Assembly (NCBI RefSeq): GCF_006345805.1 | Contig: NC_043003.1 | Span: 95,356,001-95,420,000 of the forward strand | DNA from: Octopus sinensis | Taxonomy: Eukaryota | Length of the DNA stretch: 64,000 bases | Direction: 5' to 3' | Shown here: positions 14,031-61,240 of the stretch, piece after piece | Numbering within the stretch: position 1 is the stretch's first letter | How the letters are laid out: the number at the start of each line of letters is the position of its first letter | Program-made: the position numbers and the translations under genes | Notes under the pieces: generated by a model | The model's input: only the letters and a program-made list of their open reading frames with translations | The model's database searches: none | Told to the model about the DNA's origin: nothing

Positions 14031-14789
14031 TGATGAAAACTTGTGGATACCTAAGTTTACAGGTAGTAACTCACTATCCACATACTTTCTACCAGGAATA
14101 AGATCAAACTTGAGCCAAACCAAAATAATATCATAGGTTTCTACAGTCATTTTCGTACGTTTGTCATTCAATTTTATAATCAGGTCGTTGAAAGTCGCGG
14201 GGAAAAATTAGCGCCTTGAAGTTAGTCGTCATTCAAATTTGTTTTACAATCATTCAATTTCGCAATTCCGGTCACAGAATTTAGTATTTACACCATTCAA
14301 ATTAAAATGCCAGTCGAGAGCACTGAAATTAGTCGGAATGCGAGAATCAAATTCGTTTCGGAGCAATCTATTTAACACTTCAAGCAATCAAATTAGCACG
14401 ATAGCCGTTTTAGTTTTATCTTATGATCATTATCATAATCATGTGTTTTCGTCCATTGTTTATGCTTTAAGCTCTGAATCGTGTCCATGTCTTTTCTGTG
14501 TATTCTTTTACTTTTGCATAAGTACATTATTTATTGTTAAAGACTTCATGAAATCGCATTCCAACTTTTTTAATCTTTTTAAGGAAACTCACAATTATAA
14601 CATTTGCTCATTTTCTCTGATTTTGAATACATTATGTTTGCGTATGTCTTGTTGGGAAAGGTATATATTTCTTCGATTTTGCATTTTTTCTTTCACCGGA
14701 GAAAGGGTGCTGTCTACACTAAGATAATTATTGAATATATAGATTATTAAAAATACAGAAAAAGGGCACGTACTTACTCTTTATTCAAT

Positions 14790-15560
14790 ATTTGAAGCTA
14801 AGCATTTCGCCCGGCGTGCTAATGATTCTGCCAGCTCGCCGGGCGAAGTGTTTAGTGGTATTTCGTCTGCCGTTACGTTCTGAGTTCAAATTCTGCCGAG
14901 GTCTACTTTGCCTTTCATCCTTTCGGGGTCGATAAATTAAGTACCAGTTACGCACTGGGGTCGATGTAATCGACTTAATCCGTTTGTCTGTCCTTGTTTG
15001 TCCCCTCTGTGTGTAGCCCCTTGTAGGCAATAAAGAAGCAGGTATTTCGTCTGAGTTCAAATTCCGCCGAGGTCGACTTTGCCTTTCATCCTTTCGGGGT
15101 CGATAAATTAAGTAGTAGTTATGCACTGGAGTCGATGTAATCGACTTAATCCCTTTGTCCTTGTTTGTACCCTCTATGTTTAACCCCTTGTGGTTAATAA
15201 AAAAATAAGAAACGTTAGCACGCCGGGCGAAATGCTTAGTGGTATTTCGTCTGCCGCTACGTTCTGGGTTCAAATTCTGCCGAGGTCGACTTTGCCTTTC
15301 ATCTTTTCGGGGTCGATTAAATAAGTACCAGTTACGCACTGGGGTCGATATAATCGACTTAATCCATTTGTCTGTCCTTGTTTGTCCTCTCTGTGTTTAG
15401 CTCCTTGTGGGTAGTAAAGAAATAAGTATTTTGTCTGTTTTTACGTTTTTAGTATAATTTCCGCTGAGCTCCTGAGTTCAAATTTTGCCTTTCATCCTTT
15501 CGCGGTTGATAAATTAAGTACCAGCTGTATACTGAAGTAGATCTCATCGACTGGCTCCTT
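14790..15560 (+). mobile_element. Tandem array of SINE family A segments
   Basis: At least three to four consecutive repeats of the core...AAGAAATA unit. Confidence 0.85.
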
Positions 15561-15599
15561 CCCCAAAATTTCTAGAGTGGAAAAAAGTATTTGAAGTAA

Positions 15600-17330
15600 A
15601 GTTATCAATGAGAAACATGCGCTTGATGTTTTTGGGGGAAAGTTTTCAATATTGGGACATATTTGAGAAAAACAAACCCTCAGTTCTTCTTCAATGCAAC
15701 GGAGCCTCCCCCACTTTTTGTATTTGATGTCAATGAGTGTTGAAAATCCCAACTCATATAAGTGCGATGTGGAAAACTGAATCAAAACGGATAAAGCTTT
15801 TTTTTGCTACTGAGGGGTATTCTCTACAATATATCAATAGGTACCTCAGCATACTTGATTTTTAAGTCGGCGATCACTAGATATAGATGTCAATTCCTCT
15901 TCACATATTTTCAGATCAATATTAGAAGGAATTTTACGAAGGGGTTTCGAACCCAATCATACTCTTTTGTGTTCAATGACGGAAAATAAAAGTTTATGTT
16001 TTCTTCCAGATTTGTCAAATGTTCAAATACAATAGGAGTCATTTCTTTTATGCAGCTTTTACGTATTAAGAGAAACATTTTGAAGTTACCACCTTCAGCT
16101 CTATTTTCCCAAATTACAACTTTCTTTTTGAATGAAACCAGCTTATCTCTCGAAGTGGGAATGTTTTCATCTCCTCCTTGCATAATTGTGTTGACGCTAT
16201 TAAGTTGTGCAAATATCTCTGTTAGATATTCCAGCTTGGAAACTCAAAATTCATATTGAATATATTTCAAGAAGCGTTCATGTTTTACTTCTTTAAAAAA
16301 ACGCATGCAATTCCTTCTGGAGTTTGTGTATGAGACGTAGCACCCTACCTTTTGAGAGTCATTTGACTTTTGTGTGTAAAAGTAAACACTTGTGTTGGGA
16401 ATCCATATCAATACAAATTTGTTCAAATAAGCGACACTTCAGCGGCCTACTTTTAATATAATTAACCATTTCAACAATTTGGTTTAATACTTACTTTAAC
16501 TCAACTGGTATGATTTTTGAAACTAGTACTTCCTTATGTAGGAAACAATGAGTACGTATATCATTAAGATTTTGCTGTTGGTTAAGCGATACAAAACCTT
16601 TAATAGAGCCTGTCATAGATGGTGCCCCATCAGTACATATTCCAACACATGAGTTCCAGGATAAATTCCATTGTTCGAGGTAGGTAGATAAAATGTCAAA
16701 AATATTTTGACCTCTTGTAACACGTGGCATTTCTTCGCAACAAAAGAACTGGTTTATGATTTGGTTACGATCAATAAAGCAGGTAACTGTAAGTAATTGT
16801 ACTTTGTTGCTAATATCAGTTGATTCGTCAACCTGTAGAGCAAACTCTGATTTCTGAAGTTTGTTCCGTACATTTTCCTTTATATCAGCAGATAAATCCA
16901 TAAATCTCCTATGGATTCTATTATTTGAGAGCAGAATTTTGCTTATTTCTTGCCCGGCTTCATCACCTAACATGGTTTTAACCATCTTTCTACAAGCGGG
17001 TAAGATAACCGACACTGCTAAAGTATGCGATTTCGTTTGTAGTGCAATCATTTAGGCTATCTCAATAGACGCGACTTGAGCCTTTTCAGAAGCATTTATC
17101 CTTTTTTTCAAAATAGTTTCTTTGTTTAAATTGCTGTTCTAGCAGTCTTTGGAAATAATTCAGATCTTTACATTGAAAATGTGAGTGTTTGGTTGTAAAA
17201 TGTCTTTTCAATTTGCTGGGCAACACGTCTTCGATAGTCACGGTTATGTTCCCTTTTAATAAACTTTTCCATTTTATGGGTAATTTAGTCTGCTAATATG
17301 AATTGTCTCGCACAAAGAGCACAGATTATT
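15600..17330 (-). mobile_element. Decayed Buster-type hAT transposase
   Basis: Minus-strand fragments with FALQVDESTDI, GICTDGAPSMTG, THCFLH, WVRNPF, STSHLYELGFS and C-terminal HQAHVSH*; several stops and frameshifts; ends not resolved. Confidence 0.88.
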
Positions 17331-18169
17331 TACAGAGTCAAACTGAGACTGAGACAAGTGGCCAGTGAACTGTGAAAAGTGGAAGCGTGTCACATATTAT
17401 CGGACTCTTTTGAGAAGCCATTCAAAATTAATTGAAAAGATAAAAATTCTCGCCACTATGTGAATGAAAAAATTGAAATACAGTCGCAATACGTGAGGGC
17501 ATATTAAAAGATTTAGTTCAACATCATATATTTATTGTGTCTGGGGAGAGTCATTCTCTTTCATTGCCTTATTATTTAACACACTCACCGGTAAAATTTC
17601 CACTTATTTCCTTCTTTATTTTTCTAAAATTTTCGTTGCATCTTGCAACCTTTTCAATAGTCTTGACTCTGTCCGTTATTTACACTGCGTTCCCTTTTGT
17701 TTATTTGTGCGCATGTGTGTGGGTCAGTGTGTGTGTGTGTGCCTATACATGCATATATTTAGTTCAACAGTTTATGTTTTCACATTTATCATTGACATGA
17801 AATCTGCTGAGACTACGACCGAAATAAACTGAAACAGTCGTGCACTGAATATGTCCATATGACGTCAATTTCGAGGATGCTAATTTAGTTCTTTTGAAAT
17901 TTCAGATTCAAAATTGAATAACACTGTCATACCAGAATTAGCCTAAATGAATTGAATGACAAAACCACCTCTCATTCTTTGTGTAGAACTTAGTATTTAG
18001 TTAGTTTGTTTTTTTTTTTGGCCACTTTCACATTTATATATGAATTTTCTAGTGAATTTCGATTTGTATTTTTCATATTTTGAAATATAATCTTACTTTT
18101 TGGAGGCGCATCTAATTACATCTTGTGGCACAGTGGTGCGCCGTGGAGCACGGTTTTGGAACCACTTGT

Positions 18170-18900
18170 CTATACCAACGAACACAATTTTCTGGAGTGA
18201 TAGCATTGATGTTACGCATTGCGACCTGTTTGTATGACGTGCCCGTCATTCTTCCATGGTCATGCCGGGTTCTTCTGAAACTGCCCGGTCGCCAACCCTT
18301 TGTTGCAACTCATCTCGGGCGAGGTTTCTCTTTTGATTGTCTAGGGCAGAAGGCCTTTAAGTGGGTTTTTTTTGCCATAAATGCAGCATCTGGGTTTTGT
18401 TCCCCCTACCACTACAAATAACTTTGAAGCTTCAGAGAGCTCGATGAGATCTGGAATCTCTTGTGCGGTTGTAAAATCCACATGCAATAAGATTTCCTTC
18501 CCCGTACCACGTCAATTTTCTTTTTGTGTCTCCATGTTTCAAGAATTTTACATCTCTCCTCTATGCCATACAACACAACCGCTGCCAGTAAGGAGGTGTC
18601 CACTTCTGGTGGCACCTCCACCACCTTCACTTTAACAATTCTTTGACCGAGGTACGTGAGAATCCTATGTAATTCTTCGGTCTTAAGGGTTGTCATGGCA
18701 TTTTCTTTGGCCAGTTGTTCGGTTGAAAACCTCACTTCTACTATGCCAAAGCTTTTACCACGTGCGATATACGACTTTATGTTCCATACATACCTCAGGC
18801 ATTTTTCGATCAGAGCTTTCGTGGCTCTTTCTATCTTGCGCGTTTTTAGTGTGGACAAATAAAAATTTTGCTTACACTCGGTAAAAATACCAGTTTACTT
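18170..18900 (-). mobile_element. LINE ORF1 (gag-like, L1/Tx1-type) remnant
   Basis: ORF 18412-18858 (EVRFST...TYLGQRIVKVKVVEVPPEV) followed, across frameshifts, by a CCHC-knuckle-like RCCIYGKKTHLKAFCP. Confidence 0.55.
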
Positions 18901-19250
18901 ACATTTGTGGGGTTTACAAGAAAACGCAGCTATCCTTCATGACTTTTGAGCAAACACTGAGTCAGAATCACATGGTCTTGTTTATATATGAGTTTTAGAG
19001 GTGTCCAATGAGTTGGTAACTGTGACTCAAATGAATTATAATTTATATTTCTTTTGTAATTTATGCTGAAAAATTGTCTAATTCATTGAAGGGTTTGAAC
19101 AAGCTAAAACTAGGTGTTGGGATGATGATTTTATCATACAAGATCTGAGTTTGTAGATATATCCGTTCTTTTGTTAATAATCAATGTAGGTAAGCCAATG
19201 TAGAATTAAATGCTAAATCTTCTTTGTATTTTTTTCTTCTTGTTTTGCAG

Positions 19251-52652
<33,402 letters not shown>

Positions 52653-52879
52653 ATATCATATACAACACCCTATTAAGTTGGATATCGTATATATAGTCCA
52701 TGCCATTAGAGAATGTTATTATTTATTATATACAAACTGACCATAAGATAATTAATGCGAGACATCATGCAGAAGTACAACCATAAAAAGGTATTGCGAT
52801 GAAAAATATAAAATTCTAGTCACATATTTGTGTATTACGCACAAACTAGATCATAAAATAATCAAAGCCACGACGAAAG

Positions 52880-52885
52880 AATAAA
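52880..52885 (+). promoter_or_regulatory. Candidate polyadenylation signal AATAAA
   Basis: AATAAA about 230 nt after the stop codon; AT-rich context makes chance occurrence likely. Confidence 0.25.
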
Positions 52886-53199
52886 CATTATTAAATACCA
52901 TATTAATGCACAAACTTAAATGAATTTACACGACGGCTTCTATACAGTTTCCGACCACCCAGTTTCACTCACAAGATATGGGTCTATCCGAGATGCCACG
53001 TAGCGACATCGAACCTGAGACCACATGGTTCCAAATCAAACTTTTAAACCTTTGGCTAAATAGCACCTATATATGTTTGTATGTGTATGCGTATACATAG
53101 GAATGTATGTGCCTATATATATATATATACATGCATGCATATATTTATGTGTGTGTTTAGGTATATTTGTATGCGTGTATGTATGTATTGTGTAAATAA

Positions 53200-54850
53200 A
53201 ATGAACAGAAAAGAGGACAACACAGGAGGAATAAAATATTAACTAAAGAAGAAAGTGTTTTAACGTTTCAGGTGTTAGTACTTCATCAAGAGAAATAGTC
53301 AATTAGAGGGAAATCGGGCGAAGTGTTAGAAACCACGTGGGAATGTTGTCCTATAGGGGACGTTAAGAAGGTTGGAAGGGCTAGGTATATAGACATAGGT
53401 ATGCAAGGTGGACACAAAAGTAGTGTTTTAGCGTGCTGTAGAAGTTAGGGAAGTTGTAGGGTATTGGTATTTGTGTAATATTTAGGTGAGTGAAATAAAA
53501 GCGCGTATATGAGAAAGTAAAACGAGAGGGAGTTTGAGGATTAAACAGATATTGATGAAGCTAATGGGACATAAAGGATTTGACTGATATCTGTGCAACT
53601 GTATGACAAAATTACATGGGTGTATGAAACTTTTTTTAACAAGTATGAGCTGTTTAAACTAAGTTATGAGAAAGGGAGAAAGTGTGTAAATGCTGTGAAG
53701 AGAAAGAAAGTCAAAGAAATTGGTAAAAATTACATAACCTTGATAAAATGTCCGGAGAGTTTGGCAGAGTTCCGAAGCTGATAAGAATCTGTTATGATCT
53801 ACAAAGAAGAGATGACTGTGATGAGAAGCTGATAAATTCCATGGAGAAGAAATAATTGTAATGAACAGGTTTAGAACCAGAAATGACACACATAAGGAAA
53901 AAATTGATGCACATGGTGTAAAAAAAATGGCAGTGCAAGCAATTTATGGAGAAGCATGTTGTGTGAAGCGTGTGTCTGCATGATGAAGTGTATGGTTATG
54001 CGTGTGTGTAAGTATGCCGATGTGCGTGTGTGATCCACGTATACAAAAATGTGGGTGAAAATGGTGTGTGCATACGTGTATGCATGTAAACGAAAGGCGT
54101 GAATACATGGGAAAGAACGGTCAATGGGAGGTGTGTGTGTGTATGTGGAAGTACGTGTTAGTGTGTTAAGAATGTTTGTGTAGAAGTGAGGATGTTTTGC
54201 TGTAAAATGTAAGTAGTTGTTGGTGGTAAGTAGGATGTAGTGAGGATGCGGATAAAGAATATTGGGCGTAAAGAGAAGAGATGTATAAAAGGAAAATATA
54301 ATTTAGAAAAACTGAAGTAATTAATTTTGACCGAAAGAGGTGATTGATGGGAGATCCATTGTTGGACAAGTCATAAAATGAGAGGTGTCGGGTGGAGTGA
54401 TCGGCGGAGCGGAAATGTCGAGAGACAGGAGACCTGCTGCCAAATCGGATATTCGTGAACCTGTCTAACAGTCGACGTCGGTTTGCCCGATGTAGAGTAA
54501 ATTACAAAGAGGACGTTGGAGCGTATATATGAGGTTGTTGGGATGCAGCGTAAAGAGTACCTAATGTAGAAGGGGGGATTGTTGGGTCCGGTGAGGGTAC
54601 TGATTTTGTAAAAGAACGGGCAAGTGTAGCATTGAGGACAGGGCTACGTGGATCAAGGAAGAGAATATAGTCTCAAGGAAAAACTATGAACGAGAAAGCT
54701 GCGTAGGTTTCGGGTGCGCTGAAATGAGTGAGAGAAGGAAGAAATGAGATTTGGTAGCGCCAGATTGTAGGCGGTGGAAGAGGCAGAAGATGCAAAAGAT
54801 GAAGCGCTACAAGAGCAGGGTGGCTGGCAGAAAGGCGAAGAATAGTATTT
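53200..54850 (-). mobile_element. Decayed Penelope-like element, 3' part (GIY-YIG endonuclease remnant)
   Basis: Minus-strand translation near 54400-54720 gives RTRNLRSFLVHS, LTGPNN and NNLIYTLQRPLCNLLYIGQT-RRLLDRF; degenerate hammerhead-like TTGATGA...GAAACGTT near 53255-53295. Confidence 0.7.
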
Positions 54851-55079
54851 ATATTTCTATTAGCCGAGGGCCACGGTGTCTCAAGTACCTAAAGTCTGAT
54901 AAGTGCCTCACAGAATTATAACTATAGGTCCCTGGGTCATTGTATCTCTTAGAAAACACGCACACATACACAAACACGCGCACAAACACACACAATACAC
55001 ATATGTTAATACACATAAATACTACACATATATACACATACAAGTACATATCTGTGTGTGTGAGTGTGTAAAGAGTTAT

Positions 55080-55124
<45 letters not shown>

Positions 55125-55779
55125 ATATGAAAGAATGGAGTTGAACGACTAGTTAACAAATATCCTTTATTCAACTACTCAAATATATATATATATTATG
55201 TTTATGTTTATGTTTTCCAGTTCCAGCTCTTGAGCTGTGGCCATGCTGGGGCACCGCCATTAAAGTGATGAATAAACTTAATTGATTTTTAAACCTTATT
55301 GGGTTCTCATCAGAGGCATCCACATCATTTTGACATCATTTATTTCATGAAGTTGATGTAAATGTCATACCACTGATGTATGGCCATATATGGTCATAAT
55401 CTTCATTCAGCGTGTACAAAGCACGCATGCGCGTGCGCACACCACACACACACACACATATACATACCCATAAGTTCACACACGCACACATATACACGCG
55501 CATAATCCCGTGTTTGTGTTGATATTGTGACAACATGCACACAGTGTCTTGTCTGTCGGCAAATGATAGAATATGGAGAAGAAAACAAATTGAAAATGCA
55601 CAGGGAATATATCAGAATTAACTAGAAATTTTTAACAGTTGGAAGAAGGCAGTCTGGGTTAAATGCTTCTTTTGGCTGTCTCCACACATATACTCGACCG
55701 GTGGTCGGAAATAAGGTAAAGGGTAACTCGCCCGAGAAAATAACATTCTTCCACTGCTCTAGGGACCAGTTTTGTAGGT

Positions 55780-56200
55780 TTTTACTTCATTCTAAACGCT
55801 TCGCAACGTTTGTTTTTGAAAGTGGTAGTTTTCTGATTGCAGCTCTCCCATGAAATCCAGCTTTGTGCTGCTCCCGGCAAACAGTTCGTGTGGAAACTGA
55901 GTTCTCGAGGTGGTCATTAAGCTCTGCAGTAATTTGGGGAGCTGTACTTTTGTGATCCTTTCTAACAATTCGCGTAAGAGTCCGACGATCCCTATCTGAA
56001 AAGTTTTCTTCCGGAGTTTTGTTTCGACGAGGAGGTGTTTTCCTCTTTCTCAAAGGCTGTCATTATTTTCGAGACAGTTCTTCTTGATACAACAAACATT
56101 TCAGCTGTTTTCGTTACGCTAGCGCCTGCCATACGAGCACCAACAATTTGACCTTTTTGAAAGTTCAATAGATTTGTCATTTTAATGAATTTTAATTACC
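55780..56200 (-). mobile_element. Tc1 transposase N-terminal remnant
   Basis: LLNFQKGQIVGARMAGASVTKTAEMF and SDRDRRTLTRIVRKDHKSTAPQITAEL...GFHGRAAIRK. Confidence 0.8.
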
Positions 56201-56385
56201 TTTTTCTGATAATATCTGAAAAGAAACAGCAATTTAGCAAAACGTATTAAGCAACAAAAATAATAAATAAAAAAAAAACATAAAAATAAACAAGCTTTTG
56301 ACGGTTTTATGGATATTTCAAAATTATGATACTATGATGCTAGATGTTTCCGGTATATATATATATATATATTATATATATATAT

Positions 56386-56543
<158 letters not shown>

Positions 56544-56659
56544 ATATATATATATATATATACATAATATATATATATATATATAATATATATATATATA
56601 TAATATATATATATATATATTATACACACATTTGTGTATCATATTTAATTCAAATACAT

Positions 56660-57140
56660 CACAGGAAAGGCTTGAACAAGGCTTGCTTGCCAATTCTTCA
56701 ACTGAAACTCCGTGATCTTTTTCAAGTTCTACCAAAAGGAGCTTATCAGCAAACTCAATCGGATGTCCTGTTCGGGCCTCATTTTCAAGGCTGAAATTTC
56801 CACTTCTGAATTTTACAAACAATCTTCTGCAAGTTCTTTCATTCAGGCACTCTTCTCCATAAACGGAGCGGATATTTCGAGTCGCTTCAGCTGCAGAGTT
56901 CCTTTTTTTAAACTCATAAAGCATTATGTACCTCAAATGCTCCTTAGACACTTCCATATTTGAAGAGCTTTAATTAGTAAAAATTTCAATTAGATTTTGC
57001 TGTAAAATGAAATTTAATTAGTTCCAATATGTCCAAATACATATAAATATTATTTAATGCCGTTAGACATTCTAAAATTATGTTAAAGCGTTTTCAAACT
57101 GAAAATATAGAAGTCCGGACATTACTTATGGGAATACGTG
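56660..57140 (-). mobile_element. 5' fragment of a mariner element
   Basis: MEVSKEHLRYIMLYEFKK...FRSGNFSLENEARTGHP helix-turn-helix N-terminus; truncated at a (TA)n tract. Confidence 0.8.
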
Positions 57141-57150
57141 ATATATATAT

Positions 57151-57195
<45 letters not shown>

Positions 57196-57550
57196 TAACA
57201 TTATTATTTCCAAATCTCTCAAAGAGGGATATTCAGTAATAGTTCTTTAAAGTTTAAAGAAAGCCAACATAATGTGGCTGTTCTGGAAGGGACAATTTTA
57301 CTGTTGTTTAACCACAGGAAACACAGATTTTGTGTCATACGATGTTTCCTGGGGCTAAACAACTGTGAATTTCGTCCTTTCCAGGACAGCCACATTATGT
57401 TGGCAAATAGTCTTTACTATATATATACATATATGTGTGGTGGCGAACGCGTAAATCAAGCTAGGACAGGCGATAAACAAGAACACGTCTTTCTTGTTCC
57501 AGCTACAACGGAGAGACAGAAAGAATATATATATATATATGTGTGTGTGT

Positions 57551-57591
<41 letters not shown>

Positions 57592-57812
57592 TGTGTGTGT
57601 ATGTGTGTATGTGTGTGTGTGTGTCCAAATGAATCACTGGACATGTGTATGGGTGCGCAAAGATGTACGTATGGGTATGTGTGTATGTGTCTGTGTGCAT
57701 GCGTGCACATGTGTTTCTGTTTGTGTGTGTGAGAGATGGTGTGTTTCTGGATACATGTATGCATGTATATGCTAGTATACAAGTATATATATACGTCAAT
57801 GTGTATGCATAT

Positions 57813-57990
57813 ATAGGGAGAATTCACAACAAAAAAAAAAACAAAAACAAAAGACGAAGACAGGTCGTGTAGACAACAAACAAATGTATTAGTGTAACGT
57901 TCGGGAAGTGAAAAATTCTTTAACGTTTCGAGCCTACGCTCTTCCTCAGACAGGAGCACAGAAAGAAACAAGGAGAGAAAATAAAGAATA
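57813..57990 (-). mobile_element. Second copy of the 36440-36700 repeat, with hammerhead core CTGAGGA A GAGC-GTAG-GCTC GAAA CG TT at 57917-57955
   Basis: Clear homology to 36560-36700; core intact but stem I degenerate. A truncated third copy lies at about 31900-31990. Confidence 0.6.
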
Positions 57991-58008
57991 TATGTATCAT
58001 ATATGTAT

Positions 58009-58407
58009 CAGGAGTGGCTGTGTGGTAAGTAGCTTGCTAACCAACCACATGGTTCCGGGTTCAGTCCCACTGCGTGGCATCTTGGGCAAGTGTCTTCTGC
58101 TATAGCTTCGGGCCGACCAAAGCCTTGTGAGTGGATTTGGTAGACGGAAACTGAAAGAAGCCTGTCGTATATATGTATATATATATATGTATGTGTGTGT
58201 ATATGTTTGTCTGTGTTTGTCCCTCTAGCATTGCTTGACAACCGATGCTGGTGTGTTTACGTCCCCGTCACTTAGCGGTTCGGCAAAAGAGACCGATAGA
58301 ATAAGTACTGGGCTTACGAAGAATAAGTCCCGAGGTCGATTTGCTCGACTAAAGGCGATGCTCCAGCATGGCCGCAGTCAAATGACTAAAACAAGTAAAA
58401 GAGAGAG
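58009..58407 (+). mobile_element. tRNA-derived SINE family B, full copy (partial copies at about 1820-1965 -, 2193-2362 +, 8005-8105 -, 38375-38790 -, 43520-43815 -, 59700-59830 -)
   Basis: GGAGTGGCTGTGTGGTAAG...GGTTCAGTCCC head, internal (TA)/(TG) microsatellite, tail GCATGGCCGCAGTCAAATGACT.AAACAAGTAAAAGA. Confidence 0.88.
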
Positions 58408-58858
58408 TAAATAGTATATATGTATGTAAAAAATGTGTAGTGGCTAGCGATCTAACATATATGTATGTATATGTTATTTGATTCTGTTGAATTTATATGT
58501 GGATGAGCGTGTGTGAACACCGACGGGGTGATAGTGTTCTATCCTTTTTAATGTTTTTCCCTCCGCTGAAGACTTCTGCCCCCCCCACATTACTTGAGAC
58601 TCACCACCACACGTTCACACACACACACACATGTAAACACGTAGACACGGTCCCACTCTCATCCACTGTAAACATCTCCAAGTCATATCTCTGTTTTATT
58701 GTTTATTCTGATAAATCTGGATTCGGTTGTGCCGTCGTCCAGATGAAACATTTCGCAAATTGTAAGTAACCTTTGAAATAAAAACTGTTACAATCTGTTC
58801 TCTAACGCATTGAGCATTCGTTTTGATTTGCCGACACCGTGACCGTATGATTAGTAAC

Positions 58859-58962
<104 letters not shown>

Positions 58963-58966
58963 TGTG

Positions 58967-59006
<40 letters not shown>

Positions 59007-59087
59007 TGTTTGTGCTTGTGTATTATTTTCTTAAGTCATTGGTACTTAATCTATTGTCTTCTTTCGCCGAACCGTTATGTTTAAGTA

Positions 59088-59608
59088 CCGTAAATCCTCG
59101 AGTATAGCCCGCCCTTCAGTATAATACGCAGGAGATTTTTAGGGGGCTGTACCTCTGAAAAGTCTAAACCTTGTGTATAATACGCACCCCTTCTCTAACA
59201 TGAGCCGTGCGTAATTAAGCCAGCAGCACCAAGTCGAACAAACACTTCCGCGCATGCGTAATACAATAATGGTGATGTTCTTAACTGTTATATGGGAATG
59301 TAAATATGTTTGCAAATTGTTTTTGTTATATGTTATTGTGTGTTCTGAATACTTTTATTTTAATAAATGTTGCTTACTGCAAGTTATGGATGATTCTTTT
59401 ATGACTTCATTGCTTTCAGGCTTAGCTTAAGGTATTTTCGCGCCCGACATCACAAAATGTGTCTGAATAAACATTGCCGGACAGCAAATAGAGACTCGAA
59501 CATTGCTTAGAAAATATTTTTCATTTTTAACCTCGTATATAGTACATACTATGGATTTTGACCTTTAAATTTTGGGGAAAAAATGCGATTATACTCAAGG
59601 ATTTACGG
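59088..59608. mobile_element. pogo/Tigger-type non-autonomous element
   Basis: TA|CCGTAAATCCTCGAGTATA ... TATACTCAAGGATTTACGG|TA. Confidence 0.78.
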
Positions 59609-59978
59609 TAGACGGAGGAGAAACACGGGTACATAACATACATACATACATACATACATATACACTGATATATGTATGTGTGTATGTATATATGTATATG
59701 GTGGTCTTCCACACAGTTTCCACCTACGAAATTCATTCACAAGGCATCGGTTGGTCCCAGCGTTGTTGCAGAAGACAGTGGCCCAAGGTGCAGGTAGTAG
59801 GATTGAACCTGGAAGCTTGTGGTTCCAAAACCAACTTCTAACAATGCACACATGCCTGCAGTATATGTACATGTGTTCGTGTGTATGTGTGTATGCATGC
59901 GTGCGTGTGTGCGCGCATGTGTGTGTGTGCGTGCGCGCACGTGAGTTTGGGCTTTTGTCGTGTGTGAATAGATAACAG

Positions 59979-60262
59979 AAAAAAATTTGGAGTTAACAAG
60001 AAGGAATACGGTTGGACATTTACTTTCAATCACTACAATTGTTTCTACGCATTTTTCCTGGATTATGAGATCTAGTTGTGTTTCATCAGGCGAAATATGA
60101 ATATCTACATATCGCCTGAGGAAACACAACTCGATTTCATAACGCAGGGAAACAGTTGCATAATCAAGTACCTTCACGTCTGGACAACTACGTTACGTAG
60201 AAACAATTGTAGTGATTGAAAATATATGTCCAACCGTACTCCTTGTTGACTCAAGATTTTCC
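59979..60262. repeat. Imperfect long palindrome
   Basis: Outer arms about 59979-60050/60196-60262, inner arms about 60056-60100/60108-60150, with about 45 extra nt in the right arm. Confidence 0.8.
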
Positions 60263-60427
60263 AATAATGTGTGTGTGTGCACACACATATGTATGTGTGT
60301 GTGCGCGCGCATGTAAATACACACACATGTATGTATGTATGTATGTATGTATGTATGTATACGCGCGCGCGTGTGTATACATATGTATATATGTATATGC
60401 GTATATATTTATGTATATATATGTATG

Positions 60428-60458
<31 letters not shown>

Positions 60459-60584
60459 GAATATATATGTATCTAGATATATGTATATATATACATATAT
60501 ATATATACATATATATATATACCTATATATATATATATATACATACATATATATGCATATATATATACATGTATATATACACAC

Positions 60585-60615
<31 letters not shown>

Positions 60616-60831
60616 CATACATGCATACGTATATATATATAAATCCGTCTAAGAATCCATAAGTCAGAAAGAAATGTACTCATATATTTGTCAGTAGGGT
60701 GGGCTTATTAATCGAAGTGTACAGTATTATATATCCATTTTTTAATTTTCATTCCATAACTGCCATGTCTAAGAGCACAGATTCACATAATCGGACTGTT
60801 ACCTAACATTCCATTGAACTCCTCGTGCGAT

Positions 60832-60879
<48 letters not shown>

Positions 60880-61240
60880 TGTATAAAAATTATGCCCGAA
60901 GGGGGAAAGCCACTAAGTAGTTTTCTAACACGCTAGAAATAGGAGTTAAATCCCTAACCGCGAAAAAGCTATTCTTATTCTATGTTGAATGTAGGCGAGC
61001 AAGACACTTTGAGAGAATTAAAAAATGATTAGTCATTCCCGTACTTCGAAATTTCGCCCATAACTAATTAATTAATTAATCACGCTAACCACTGGTAAAA
61101 ATTTATATTTAATTTTTTACCCTATATATATATATATATATACATAAATAAGGGTGAAAAATTAGATATTAATTTAATAATATCATCAGTTTAACACCAA
61201 GTGGCTTAGCACATAAAAACCAGGGAGACAATACAAATTT

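Noticed and set aside
14028-14070. CTGATGA followed by an AAACTT/AAGTTT hairpin as a hammerhead
   Set aside because: No GAAA core or stem III follows.
14790-15560. CRISPR-like repeat array
   Set aside because: Units are about 170-bp SINE segments with no unique spacers, in a eukaryotic context.
55280-55325. Minus-strand CTGATGA GAACC...GGTTT as a hammerhead
   Set aside because: GAAA is replaced by AAAA and stems I and III do not form.
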